Assembly (NCBI GenBank): GCA_045643205.1 | Contig: JAZUKI010000003.1 | Span: 1 to 64,000, forward strand | Direction of reading: 5' to 3' | Length of the DNA: 64,000 nt | Source of the DNA: Clostridia bacterium | GTDB taxonomy: Bacteria > Bacillota > Clostridia > TANB77 > CAG-508 | Shown here: positions 22,301 to 31,714 of the stretch, in pieces | Layout of the letters: each line of letters begins with the position of its first letter | Position numbering within the stretch: position 1 is the stretch's first letter | The notes under the pieces: generated by a model | Seen by the model: only the letters and a program-made list of their open reading frames with translations | Told to the model about the DNA's origin: nothing | Databases searched by the model: none | Position numbers and translations under genes: made by a program

Positions 22301-24206
22301 ATGTTTCTTCTGTAGGAGATAATCTATCTAATGTTAAGTCTGCTACAATTTGAATTAATATACCTCTAGAAACTGCTGAAGAAATATATTTTGTTTGAAG
22401 GCCTTTTAAGTTTAATGTTATTGTCTTATTATTGTTATCTATGCTCTTAAGAATGTTTTCGCTTAATTCTTTGCTATCATCATATAAAGTATTAATTGTT
22501 ACGTTTTCAATATTAGTAATAGCATTTGGGAATGTAACTCGTAATGCTGGATTTTTATATAAATAATCATCTACCGAATCAGATTCTAAAACAATTGTTA
22601 AAACCATTTTTTCATTTTTCTTTATTGTTGATAAAGTTTTGAAATTTGATTCGAAGTGAACTTTTTGTGTTGGTTCTTCAATATTTGTTATCCATCTAGC
22701 ATCTGTACTTCTTTTGTTTCCATATAAATCAGTATTTGTAAATGTTGCGCTACCTTCAATTTTGTTCATTTCTTTCATTAATTCATATGCATTATTTTTA
22801 ACTGCTTTAACAAAATTTAAATTAATATTTCCTACTGCTGTTGGTTGTGTGAAACTTATTTCTTTAATTTCATTTCCACTAGGAACAGTAAATGTTGTGT
22901 TATTTTTATTTAGTTCATATGTGTCATTACCATTTGCTAATTGAATAGTAATTTTTCCATCTTCACCAAATACTTTTGCAAATTCATCTCCATTAATAGA
23001 GAACTTTCTTGTTTCAAGAATGTTTGAATTAAAGTTTTCTGTAACTGTTACATCCTTTGTTAATCCAATATATCCTATATTTAATTTATAGTTAATATCT
23101 AATACTGTATCAAATTTATTTTCTGTATTTATGTTTGAAATAATGTATCCTCTGTTTATACTTGCTGTAGATTTTGATGTTGCTAATAATACATCTGTTA
23201 TTGAATTGTTTAAATTATGAGGAATAGTTAATTCATTAGAATCTTTTTTTAAAACTTCTTCACTATCTAGTAATGCAATACTTGTATTGAACTTAATAAT
23301 TTTATTTGCATTAAAAAATTCATTGTCTATGTCTTTATAAAAATAAGTTACATATGCTACATCTAAATCATTAACCCATTTATATTCATTGTTTTCATTT
23401 TTTTCAATTAACTTTGTTAACGTTACTGTTGAGTCTTCTTCATTTACGTTATATGTGTAACCATCTGCTGCTACAATTACTTCAGGAACAACATTATTTA
23501 TAATTGCACTTGTTAATTTTATTTCTTTGCCCTTTGTTGGTTCTCCATTCTTTTCAATTCCTGTTGTAATTTTTAATGTAACAAGAGCATTTGTTTTTTC
23601 GCCATCTTCAAAAGAAAAACTTCTAACAACTTCTTGTTTTGCGAGTATTTCTTTTTTCTCTTGTGCTATATACCATGTTGGATTTACTTTAGTTGATTTT
23701 TCAAATGTTTTGTCTTCTCCATTTTTATCAACATATGTTCCAACTATTTTTATATTTGCAACTCTTTTAAAGTAATCTTCTGGTATGTAATCAGCTTTCT
23801 TAAATGTTACTGGAATATTTAAATTTATTTGTTCATCTGTTTCAGAAGAATTTAATTTAATTACATCATTGCTTATTGATTGAATGTTTTTATCATCTGC
23901 AATTTTTTCATTAACAATTGTAAAATTACTATTTTCAAAACTGATAGATGCTTCTCTAATAAATGTTGAATTGTAAGTATCTATTACAACTGGAACATAC
24001 ATTACCTCATCTGTACTTTTATTTGAATCAAAGTTTTCTGCAATTTGTATTGTAACATCTTCTGGTCCAATTTTGGTTCCTACAACTGCATCATTATTTC
24101 CACCATCATTTAACAATGATGATGCATAAACAGAAACAGGTAATACTGATGATAATATCAACACTGTAACTATCATTAATGAAATTGTTCTAATTAAGTT
24201 TTTCAT
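19338..24206 (-). CDS. giant surface protein, B-type
   Basis: 1622 aa. Signal peptide; ISGTAWLDANNNGKRE; RNTFDMALEK...YSLVVKNVG...NSAEI; ends ALSTG, TM helix and basic tail. Colinear with 6476..11158. Confidence 0.8.
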   Translation of the reverse strand: MKNLIRTISLMIVTVLILSSVLPVSVYASSLLNDGGNNDAVVGTKIGPEDVTIQIAENFDSNKSTDEVMYVPVVIDTYNSTFIREASISFENSNFTIVNEKIADDKNIQSISNDVIKLNSSETDEQINLNIPVTFKKADYIPEDYFKRVANIKIVGTYVDKNGEDKTFEKSTKVNPTWYIAQEKKEILAKQEVVRSFSFEDGEKTNALVTLKITTGIEKNGEPTKGKEIKLTSAIINNVVPEVIVAADGYTYNVNEEDSTVTLTKLIEKNENNEYKWVNDLDVAYVTYFYKDIDNEFFNANKIIKFNTSIALLDSEEVLKKDSNELTIPHNLNNSITDVLLATSKSTASINRGYIISNINTENKFDTVLDINYKLNIGYIGLTKDVTVTENFNSNILETRKFSINGDEFAKVFGEDGKITIQLANGNDTYELNKNNTTFTVPSGNEIKEISFTQPTAVGNINLNFVKAVKNNAYELMKEMNKIEGSATFTNTDLYGNKRSTDARWITNIEEPTQKVHFESNFKTLSTIKKNEKMVLTIVLESDSVDDYLYKNPALRVTFPNAITNIENVTINTLYDDSKELSENILKSIDNNNKTITLNLKGLQTKYISSAVSRGILIQIVADLTLDRLSPTEETSMKLEVYNENTGLLTTLNKAFKVVAPSEFIIQNKMDVVSPTNNNGTGDKNYFKETRSTIEEEVEDITLPLYSNEKYADVCGTIVNNQGTDVNNAIIVGNFPSKDSNSYLGTQLNGTFDTKVVGEITVKGESEKTEENPNGTYKAYYSQNANEPINSNNWSETKTEDAKSYKIEFLDSFGNGDKKEFSYRVSTPSDITYNEHAKETFTLLYDNNAINGEKYSSIEAKPVGLSTKPESDFSVKIKTIDMVKNKEIKNNEEIDEGAYVKLNIEITNTSNRDISNVKAVTELTDHYLHIEVTKDKINHYYDMEDITEEITLIKASETKTITQYLMVNAIRDYEENSINLEDDNPENDAIYTKFNVNIYEDDEVEFKAEEYKNPVKMRQVSCITYSPDEQGEIGIGDKFQQILFIRNLTGVDKKNLEIKDKLPAEVEYDTEENDKLNGNGLTYSYNSNTREYSIKIDELKAYYLSNEIRLNLKTAKYGTPELKASVYENEKIEDFNNIKITVAGAARNFEVSHTISTPSNQLKDTDTFDFNIIIKNHWDALRRVKIYDRLNDNFIIKEYKILINNKEVSKHQNVNLIDYVAELNAEDYVEVRIKCGIKTQAKGEKINLTHEPEASCNGVKIAINPITINITGTGEFVNINDPIIDGKYNISGTAWLDANNNGKREDTEQKISNIRMKLVDNKTNKVVVDDSGKEIITTTNNNGEYIFTNIPIGSYVVIAYYDSEKYGCGDYRNRNVADDLNNDFIETVFENETVGATDNILVQNSNIYAIDISLIPRNTFDMALEKNVTSVSVSTSNGKNANYNYNSDIAKVEISNEKGIKYYLVVEYSLVVKNVGYVDGYAKSVVDYIPKGMTFNQEDNPGWYVKADGCAYNSTLTNTLIKGQTQKELKLKLRKEITAEQTGIIKNSAEIGEIYNIQGIEDINSKAGNKDSSENDYSEALVIIALSTGGQIIRVAGIIFGALSFGAVIIVFIKNKRKNKIV

Positions 24207-24270
24207 TTAAATTCCTCCGTAAAAACTTTTATTTATCTCGACTATTATCGGTATATTTTTATACTCTTTT

Positions 24271-24299
24271 ATTATACTTTTAATTAATTACTTTATCAA
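24271..24299 (-). promoter_or_regulatory. sigma-A promoter of the 1622-aa gene
   Basis: TTGATA-17 bp-TATAAT. Confidence 0.65.
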
Positions 24300-24396
24300 T
24301 AACAATTAATGTTTTTTGTTGTCCTGTATCTATTGATAACACTGACTTTGCAAGGCGTTCTTAATTTGTAATATTGGTGTAATATTTTTGTAAAAT

Positions 24397-24422
24397 AAAA
24401 GAGACCTAAAACAGGTCTCTTT
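24397..24422 (-). terminator. intrinsic terminator after minC
   Basis: AAAAGAGACCT-AAAAC-AGGTCTCTTT. Confidence 0.75.
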
Positions 24423-24449
24423 CTTGTCTCCGTTGGGAAACATCATTTT

Positions 24450-25076
24450 TTATCTTGTTAATTCTATTCTTCCATTTTCATTTACGAATGCATAAGTAAA
24501 TGATTGACTTTGAATCTCGTCTTTATTTCTTTCTAATATGTTTGAAGCTATTCTTATTTGTGGTGAATCAATTACGTGTGCACTTATAAATGCACTTTGA
24601 TTTCCTTTAGCTCCTGCATGTGCCATTCCTCTAAGTGTTCCAAGAACTACAATATTATCTTCCGCAATTATTTCTGCTCCATAATTAACATCACCTAGTA
24701 TAACAACGCTTCCTTCGAACTCAATTTTTTGTCCTGATCTCATGGACATTTTATAAAACTTTGTTGATGATGCTTGAATATCTTTTCTATAAATCTTTTT
24801 AATTGCAGGTAATCCAAGTGCTGTAGGGCTGTCAAATTCAATCTTTACATTAATTGCTTTACTTATTAATTTTTGAATTTCATCCATTTCTTTTTGCTTT
24901 AAAATTTTACCTGTAACTAAAATTGGAGTTTTTTCATCTTGATAAAACTGTTTTAACATTGGAAGTTTCTCTTTTATTTCTCCCATCATTAAATCATGAG
25001 TTGCTTCATCTTTAATTCTAATTATTATTTTATCTTTGTTTAATAATACACTGATTATGTTTGTTATCTTATACAT
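24450..25076 (-). CDS. minC: septum site-determining protein MinC
   Basis: MRSGQKI...VVILGDVNYGAEIIA...VLGTLRGMAHAG beta-helix signature; position after pbp2. Confidence 0.93.
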   Translation of the reverse strand: MYKITNIISVLLNKDKIIIRIKDEATHDLMMGEIKEKLPMLKQFYQDEKTPILVTGKILKQKEMDEIQKLISKAINVKIEFDSPTALGLPAIKKIYRKDIQASSTKFYKMSMRSGQKIEFEGSVVILGDVNYGAEIIAEDNIVVLGTLRGMAHAGAKGNQSAFISAHVIDSPQIRIASNILERNKDEIQSQSFTYAFVNENGRIELTR

Positions 25077-25171
25077 TATGCATTCTCCTTAACTTATATT
25101 TTTTCATAATCTTTTGTACTAAATTTAATATTGAACATAATTAATTGTGCCAATTCTAATTTATGCATTTT

Positions 25172-27217
25172 TTAATATGTCGATTGATCATCATTCATTG
25201 CTGAAACATCTTCTCTAATGTCTACTTGATTCATTCCAAAATATTGTGCTAAAATTTCTCTTGCTACCGGTGCAGCTGCAGCTCCATGCTGTCCTAGTTT
25301 AATATAAACAGCTACTGCTACTTCTGGATTATCATATGGTGCGAAACCAACAAACCATGCATTTGCATTTCCTCTTTCATCTATTGATGCGGAACCTGTT
25401 TTTCCTCCAAGTACTGTTGAGAAACCTCTAAAGTAACTAACTGCTGTACCACCATCATCTGTAGTAACACCTTTCATACCTTCTTTAATTGCTTTCAAAT
25501 GTTCTTCTGAAAAATTTAAATCTTCACCACTATTTGTAGTTCCGTTTTTTTCATTTATTAAAGAATCAATTTCATTTCTTGATACTTTTGTTCCATCTGG
25601 ATTTTCTATATCCTTTATAATTGTAACATCTATATTGTGTCCACCATTTGCAATCATTGCTGTGTATTTAGCCATTTGTAAAGGTGTAAATGAGTTATTA
25701 CTTTGTCCAATTGCCGCTTGAATTGTTTTTCCACCAGTCCATTGTGAATCACTATCTGGTCCTGCTAAAACTCCTGCTGTTTCATTTGGTAATTCTATTC
25801 CCGTTTTTGTTCCAAGTCCAAATGCCTTTGCAACTCTATTTAATTCTTTTATCCCAGATCTTTTACCTGTTTCATAAAAGAAATAGTTACATGATCTTTC
25901 AATTGCTTGAGTAACATTTAAATATCCATGTCCTCTTCTGTTCCAACAATAAGGTTGATATGTATCAAATTCTGTATATCTTCCTGTGCAATTAATTTTT
26001 GTATCAACCTTTATTCCACCACTTTGTAATCCAGCAATTGCTGTAACCATCTTAAATGTAGAACCTGGTGCTGAAGTATCAGATATTGCTTTGTTTATAA
26101 ATGGATGTCTAGAATCATTTATATATTTGTTATAATCTTTTGTACTAATTCCATCTATAAATAATGCTGGATTATAATTTGGATAACTTGCCATAGCAAG
26201 TACTTCTCCAGTATTGCAATTTAAAACAACTGCTGCTCCTTCTGTTGCTGTACTAATTGCATTTATCTGATTTGCTAATGCTTTCTCTGTTTGTTTTTGT
26301 AAATCAATATCAATAGTTAAAATTATATTGCTACCAGCTACTGCTTCTTCACTGACATATTCATCCATTACAACGCCATCTACAGAAACATCAACTAGCT
26401 TTGTTCCATTTTTTCCTCTTAAATATTTTTCAAAAGTTCTTTCAATACCAGTTTTTCCAATCACATCATTTCTATTATATGATGAATCTGCTTCTAACTC
26501 ATCTTCACTAATTGCACCTGTGTATCCTAAAATATGTGATGCTAACTCACCATAAGGATATGCAATTGAAGTGTCGCTATATGTTGTTATTCCTGGGAAA
26601 CTAGCACTCATTTCATTTAGCTTTGCAACTGACTCATTACTTATATGTGTTGCTAATTTTATTGAACGTGTTGAGCTATATCCATTTAAATCAATAATAT
26701 ATCGTAAGTTTATTATTTTTCTTTCTTCTGATTTATCTTCTGTTTTTATATCATACTTTTTAATATAGTAATTGAAACAATCTTCAACTGAATAATTCTC
26801 ATCTAGATTTTGTCTTTTTTTCCAATTTTCAAAATCGATTCCTTCTTTTATTTTTAATTCCGAATCATAAATTATAGGAAATTGATCTATGTATTTGTCT
26901 CCATTTTCATCCATTGTTTTTGCAAACAATAATAATGAATTATTTAGTGCATCATTATCAATTTTTGTTTTATATATTTCTACACTATGTACCATTGAAG
27001 TTGAAACTAATTTATTACCACTCGCATCTAATATATTTCCTCTTGTTGCATGAAGCGTTGTTTCTCTTGTCAGTTTTGTGTTTGAAGCTTCACGATAACT
27101 TTCACCTTCAATAATTTGCAGTGTAAATAATTTTACAAGCAGAACAATTCCAATTATATAAATAATTGCAATTATAATATTAAATCTTAAATTATTATCT
27201 TGCTTTGCTTTTTTCAT
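25172..27217 (-). CDS. mrdA: penicillin-binding protein 2 (class B, elongasome)
   Basis: N-terminal TM, RGNILD, PGSTFK (SxxK), SCN (SxN), KTG; follows mreBCD. Confidence 0.9.
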   Translation of the reverse strand: MKKAKQDNNLRFNIIIAIIYIIGIVLLVKLFTLQIIEGESYREASNTKLTRETTLHATRGNILDASGNKLVSTSMVHSVEIYKTKIDNDALNNSLLLFAKTMDENGDKYIDQFPIIYDSELKIKEGIDFENWKKRQNLDENYSVEDCFNYYIKKYDIKTEDKSEERKIINLRYIIDLNGYSSTRSIKLATHISNESVAKLNEMSASFPGITTYSDTSIAYPYGELASHILGYTGAISEDELEADSSYNRNDVIGKTGIERTFEKYLRGKNGTKLVDVSVDGVVMDEYVSEEAVAGSNIILTIDIDLQKQTEKALANQINAISTATEGAAVVLNCNTGEVLAMASYPNYNPALFIDGISTKDYNKYINDSRHPFINKAISDTSAPGSTFKMVTAIAGLQSGGIKVDTKINCTGRYTEFDTYQPYCWNRRGHGYLNVTQAIERSCNYFFYETGKRSGIKELNRVAKAFGLGTKTGIELPNETAGVLAGPDSDSQWTGGKTIQAAIGQSNNSFTPLQMAKYTAMIANGGHNIDVTIIKDIENPDGTKVSRNEIDSLINEKNGTTNSGEDLNFSEEHLKAIKEGMKGVTTDDGGTAVSYFRGFSTVLGGKTGSASIDERGNANAWFVGFAPYDNPEVAVAVYIKLGQHGAAAAPVAREILAQYFGMNQVDIREDVSAMNDDQSTY

Positions 27218-27316
27218 TATTTACCTTTCTGTATATTTAACTAGTTTTAATCATCTATATTTTTCATATAGATAAAACTATTTGTTTTTAATATAAGTTT
27301 TTTCTATGAAATTTAT

Positions 27317-27850
27317 TTAAAAATATCTTGTTGCAAATTTCTTTGTTTTAAATCCATCTTCTAAATAGTAACCTAATCTTTTCATTCCAACATAAAAAAT
27401 AATTATTAGTAAAGAATTAAATAAATTTTCTATTAAAAGAATTCTTATAAATTCCATTATTTCTAATTCAACATTATGCATAAAATAGCAAATTGCATAT
27501 TTGGCAATTTCAAAGAAAACTGTTGATACAACTGCCATTATAATAATTGTTATTCTACTATCTTTTGAATATCTTTTATCTAAAAATTCTGCAGCTAATC
27601 CAACTATTCCTAATAGAATACTTGTTATTCCTACATCTCTTCCAAATAAAATATCTAGTATTAATCCAACTATTACTCCTGACAAAACACCAATCTTTTT
27701 TCCTATAAATAATCCAATAAATAAAATAAAGACAACATATAAATTAGGCATAATCCCCGCTATGTTAAACCATGAAAAAAAGTTGCATTGTAAAAAATAT
27801 ATAATTATGAAAAGTAAAATTATTATTAAAATGCTTTTAAATTTTTTCAC
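27317..27850 (-). CDS. mreD: rod shape-determining protein MreD
   Basis: hydrophobic 177 aa with GIMPNL and GLILDI motifs; GTG start after GGAG; follows mreC. Confidence 0.88.
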   Translation of the reverse strand: MKKFKSILIIILLFIIIYFLQCNFFSWFNIAGIMPNLYVVFILFIGLFIGKKIGVLSGVIVGLILDILFGRDVGITSILLGIVGLAAEFLDKRYSKDSRITIIIMAVVSTVFFEIAKYAICYFMHNVELEIMEFIRILLIENLFNSLLIIIFYVGMKRLGYYLEDGFKTKKFATRYF

Positions 27851-27924
27851 TTATATCTCCTTAATTTTTTGTTTTGATTTTTTATTTTACCTTATTTTTA
27901 TTTGTTTTATTTTGTTTTAATTTT

Positions 27925-28764
27925 TTACTCTTGTTTATTTTCTGTTGTTGAACTTGTTATTACTAAAATTGTATTAACAGTATTAAAGTTTACTGATGGA
28001 ACGATTTTTGCATATCTATCTGTTTGGTTTTTTGTGTTAACTATTTCTTTAATTGTTCCTATTAAAATTCCTTTTGGATAAATTCCACCAAGTCCTGATG
28101 TCATTAATATATCACCTTGCATTACAGTTGCTTCTGCCGGAATTGAAGTTGCTTTTAATTCTTGTGTAACTCCGATTGTTCCTTTTACTAATATACTTTG
28201 ATTTGATGTACTAATGTTTGCACTAATTGTATTTGCTGTATCTGCAATTGTTTGAACTTTTGATGTATGTTCATTTACTGAAATTACGTGTCCTACTAAA
28301 CCTTGTCCACATGCAACTGCCATGTTTTCTTTAATTCCATCTGCAGCTCCGACATTTATTACTAAGATTTTATCGTAGTTACTATAACTTCTTTCAATAA
28401 CCATTCCTGGTACTGTTGTAAAAATAGAAAACTTATCTTTTAAGTTTTGATACTCTTTTAAAGTGTCATTTTCTTTTTTCACAACTTCTAACTCTCTTTG
28501 TCCTTCTTTCAAGCTTTCATTTTCTTTTTTTAAATCTTCATTCTCTTTTTTTAATTTGTCGATATCTGAAATTTGTGCTGAGTTAGATATTGAATATCCA
28601 AGATGAGCAAATCCATTTTGAATTGGTGTAAATAATGTTGAGACGACTTGACTAAAAACAGAACTCGATCCTGCATTTATACTTGAAACAATAACTATTA
28701 CAACTAAAATTACTGTAGTAATAATTACACCTATAAAATTAGTTTTGCCAAACTTATTTTTCAT
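27925..28764 (-). CDS. mreC: rod shape-determining protein MreC
   Basis: TM, coiled coil, INVG..DGI, GLVG, TSGLGGIYPKGILIG. Confidence 0.93.
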   Translation of the reverse strand: MKNKFGKTNFIGVIITTVILVVIVIVSSINAGSSSVFSQVVSTLFTPIQNGFAHLGYSISNSAQISDIDKLKKENEDLKKENESLKEGQRELEVVKKENDTLKEYQNLKDKFSIFTTVPGMVIERSYSNYDKILVINVGAADGIKENMAVACGQGLVGHVISVNEHTSKVQTIADTANTISANISTSNQSILVKGTIGVTQELKATSIPAEATVMQGDILMTSGLGGIYPKGILIGTIKEIVNTKNQTDRYAKIVPSVNFNTVNTILVITSSTTENKQE

Positions 28765-29801
28765 TATAAGAATTTTCTCCTTTTTCTAGTTTCCATCATT
28801 CTTGAATAATCACCAATGTTATTAATGATTTTATCTATTCCTCTTGCTATACAGTGTTCCGGATTTTCTGCAATATATGTTTTAACTCCTGTTTTTTGAG
28901 CTATAAAATTATCAATTGTATTAGTTTGTGCACCACCGCCTGTAATGTATATTCCGTTCTGCATAATATCGCTAACTAGTTCTGGTGGAGTATTTGATAA
29001 AACAGATAAAATAGTATCTGTTATTTTTTGCATTGATTTTTTTGTTGCTTTCTCAATATCTTTTGATGATACTTGTATGCAATATGGGAGTCCTGTTTCA
29101 ACATTTCTTCCTGTTACTTCTAAAACTTTTTCTTCAATCAATGATTCTGCACCTCCCAGTTGAATCTTCAATTCTTCTGCTGTTTCTTTATTGATTGAAA
29201 GACTTAAATTATCTTTTAAATATTGAATAATATCTTCATCAATTGCGTTGCCAGCTACGTTTGTCGTATCGCTAACAACAACTTCTCCCATTGATACAAC
29301 TGCTGCTTCTGTCTTACCAGCACCTATATCAATTATCATATTTCCTACTGGCTTGTCTGCTCGCAAGCCACATCCAACTGCTGCAGCAATTGGTGCATCT
29401 ATTAAAAAAGCTTCCTTTGCACCCATTTGATATAGTGCATTTTCTAAAGCCTTTTGTTGGACTTCATTTATATCTGTTGCAACATTTGCAAAAATTCTTG
29501 GTCTTCCTGTATTGAATTCTTTGTATATTTTCTTTATCATGTCGCGCATAAAAATTTCTACATAATCTATATCTATTATCTGTCCATTTTGAACAGGATG
29601 TACTGCTTTCAATGTTATTGGATTTTGCTCCATGATGTTTTGTGCCTTCATTCCAGTTGCAACTATTTGTCCTGTTTTTTTATTTACTACTATCAATGTT
29701 GGCTCTTCAAGTACAATACCTTTATCTTCGAATGTAACTCTAAGTTTTGCACTGCCAATATCAATTCCCATGTCTTTTGTACCAAAATTTGAAAAGTCCA
29801 T
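28764..29801 (-). CDS. mreB: MreB-family actin homolog with a divergent active site
   Basis: GIDIG, DIGAG, AEELKI, ITGGGA actin-fold motifs; start moved to ATG 29801 (AAAGGA RBS); upstream of mreC. Confidence 0.88.
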   Translation of the reverse strand: MDFSNFGTKDMGIDIGSAKLRVTFEDKGIVLEEPTLIVVNKKTGQIVATGMKAQNIMEQNPITLKAVHPVQNGQIIDIDYVEIFMRDMIKKIYKEFNTGRPRIFANVATDINEVQQKALENALYQMGAKEAFLIDAPIAAAVGCGLRADKPVGNMIIDIGAGKTEAAVVSMGEVVVSDTTNVAGNAIDEDIIQYLKDNLSLSINKETAEELKIQLGGAESLIEEKVLEVTGRNVETGLPYCIQVSSKDIEKATKKSMQKITDTILSVLSNTPPELVSDIMQNGIYITGGGAQTNTIDNFIAQKTGVKTYIAENPEHCIARGIDKIINNIGDYSRMMETRKRRKFL

Positions 29802-29814
29802 TGATAATCCTTTC

Positions 29815-30504
29815 TTAAAAATTTTTGAATTCCGGCATTGATAAAATGCTATGATAATTATTGTTTCCAATAACAATATGATCTAATAATTTAATGCCAA
29901 AAATATCACATGCCTTCATTACTTCTTTAGTTAAAAGCACATCTTCCATTGATGGTGTTGAATCCCCACTTGGATGATTATGTGCCAAAATTATCTTTGG
30001 TGCTTGATTTTTTATAGGTTCTGCTAATATTTGCTTTATAGAAACATTAACCACATTTGTGTCACCCTTCACAACTACAATAGTTTTAATTATTTCATTT
30101 TTAGTATTTAAAATGATTAACTTTAATTGTTCTTGTTTTTCATCACGCAATTCATTAATTAATATGTCTGCTATTATTTTAGGATTATTAATTCTAATTT
30201 TAAAATTATTTTGCGGAGAAGAAATTCTTCTTGATAATTCATACACTGCTTTAATTTGTATTGCTTTAACTTCTCCAACTCCCTTTATTTTCATCAAATC
30301 ATTAATTGAAATTGTTGCTAAATCTAACAAGTTATCTGTCATCATTAAAATTCTATTAGCTATGTCTAATGAGTTCTCTTCTTTCGTACCAGTTTTTATA
30401 ATAATAGCCAGAAGCTCTGCAATTGAAAGTTTATCTTCACCATACATTTTTAACTTTTCATATGGTCTTTCAGCTTCTGGCAATTCCTTCATTTTTAGTG
30501 GCAT
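29815..30504 (-). CDS. radC: RadC/JAB-domain protein
   Basis: ERPYEKL, ELLAII, IKGVGEVKA, HNHPSGD..PS.ED, LLDHIVIG. Confidence 0.95.
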   Translation of the reverse strand: MPLKMKELPEAERPYEKLKMYGEDKLSIAELLAIIIKTGTKEENSLDIANRILMMTDNLLDLATISINDLMKIKGVGEVKAIQIKAVYELSRRISSPQNNFKIRINNPKIIADILINELRDEKQEQLKLIILNTKNEIIKTIVVVKGDTNVVNVSIKQILAEPIKNQAPKIILAHNHPSGDSTPSMEDVLLTKEVMKACDIFGIKLLDHIVIGNNNYHSILSMPEFKNF

Positions 30505-30541
30505 ACTATCCTTTCTGCCCCATAAGTTTAATGAAATTTAA

Positions 30542-30790
30542 TTAGACTTTTCTATATATAAATATAGCAATTGCAATACCAATAATGCTTGCAATATTAA
30601 TCTTAAACAATAATCCTAATGTGATTTTTACAACTCCTAAGTCCATTGCAACTGGGTTAAATCCAAATTCTTTTCCATATGATAACCAACTTAACCAGCT
30701 AACATTTTGTGCAAGTTGACCTAAAAGTCCACCTATTACTAATCCACATAGAACAAATACCAAAAGTATAAGCCAATTTTTTTCTTTCAT
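30542..30790 (-). CDS. DUF4321-family small membrane protein
   Basis: 82 aa hydrophobic with WLSYG and INIASIIG; usual clostridial position upstream of maf/radC. Confidence 0.75.
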   Translation of the reverse strand: MKEKNWLILLVFVLCGLVIGGLLGQLAQNVSWLSWLSYGKEFGFNPVAMDLGVVKITLGLLFKINIASIIGIAIAIFIYRKV

Positions 30791-30995
30791 GTTTTTTACC
30801 TCGTTTATCTTTAGATTTCTTTAAAACGCTTGTCTCCGTAACACTTTGATTTCACACATCTTATTATATAAGTTTAGGGTATTTTTTTCAAGGTTATTTT
30901 ATAAATATCTATTGCAAATTTAAACTGTCTAATATAATATTCAGTCAAATATATTTATGCATTTTAATGATTTATTTTTGGTCAAAGGAGCATTT

Positions 30996-31616
30996 ATGAG
31001 ATTTGAAAAAATCAGTACGAATAAACTAAAAATAATTCTTTCTGATGGCGATATTCCACCAGTTGAAACTCTCGAAGAAATGATGCATTCTACTAATGCC
31101 AAAGAAACATTTCTTGGCTTGCTTGATAGAGCAGAAAAGGAAGTTGGTTTTAAAACTAAGAACTATAAGATAAAAGTAGATGCTAGGCCTTTAGATAGCG
31201 GAGAATTTGAATTTCTTGTTACAAAGCTAATCAAATTAAGAGGACCTTCTAGAGAAAAAGTCCACTTTGGCAAAAGCGCTGACAAAGAAAGAGAATTACA
31301 TAAAAACGCCTATTACAAGTTTATAAGCTTTGAAGATGTTATTAGTTTTTCGCAATATTTAAAAAATAATAAAGTAACATTTATAAATAGATTTTCAAAA
31401 GAATGTACATTGTATGATTATAATAATGCCTACTATTTAATATTTAAAAATATCAATGCCAATTATAACTATACTGCTAAAGTATACTCTGGAATTTCAG
31501 AATTCAGTAAGTTTATTTCACACGATACTACTGAAATATCTGCAATTGAAGAACACGGAAATCAAGTAGTTAAAAACAATGCAATAAGTACTTTGCAAAA
31601 ATACTTCAAAACATAA
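30996..31616 (+). CDS. mecA: adaptor protein MecA (ClpC adaptor)
   Basis: MRFEKISTNKLKI N-terminus, YKFISFEDVI, LYDYNNAYYL, SEF, EEHG...NAI; start set to the ATG after AAGGAG. Confidence 0.8.
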   Translation: MRFEKISTNKLKIILSDGDIPPVETLEEMMHSTNAKETFLGLLDRAEKEVGFKTKNYKIKVDARPLDSGEFEFLVTKLIKLRGPSREKVHFGKSADKERELHKNAYYKFISFEDVISFSQYLKNNKVTFINRFSKECTLYDYNNAYYLIFKNINANYNYTAKVYSGISEFSKFISHDTTEISAIEEHGNQVVKNNAISTLQKYFKT

Positions 31617-31623
31617 AAACAAA

Positions 31624-31672
31624 AATTCTTATCAAAAATATAAAAGCCAGAATTCTTATCAAAAATATAAAA
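31624..31672 (+). repeat. 22-bp direct repeat (2 copies)
   Basis: AATTCTTATCAAAAATATAAAA at 31624 and 31651. Confidence 0.85.
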
Positions 31673-31701
31673 ACCCAGGATTGTCGCCAATCTTGGGTTT
31701 T
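31669..31701. terminator. bidirectional terminator between mecA and pcrA
   Basis: AAAAACCCAGGATTG...CAATCTTGGGTTTT between convergent genes. Confidence 0.8.
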
Positions 31702-31714
31702 CTGTTTACTATAA

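Noticed and set aside
29802-29876. N-terminal extension of mreB overlapping radC
   Set aside because: The RBS and family alignment favour ATG 29801
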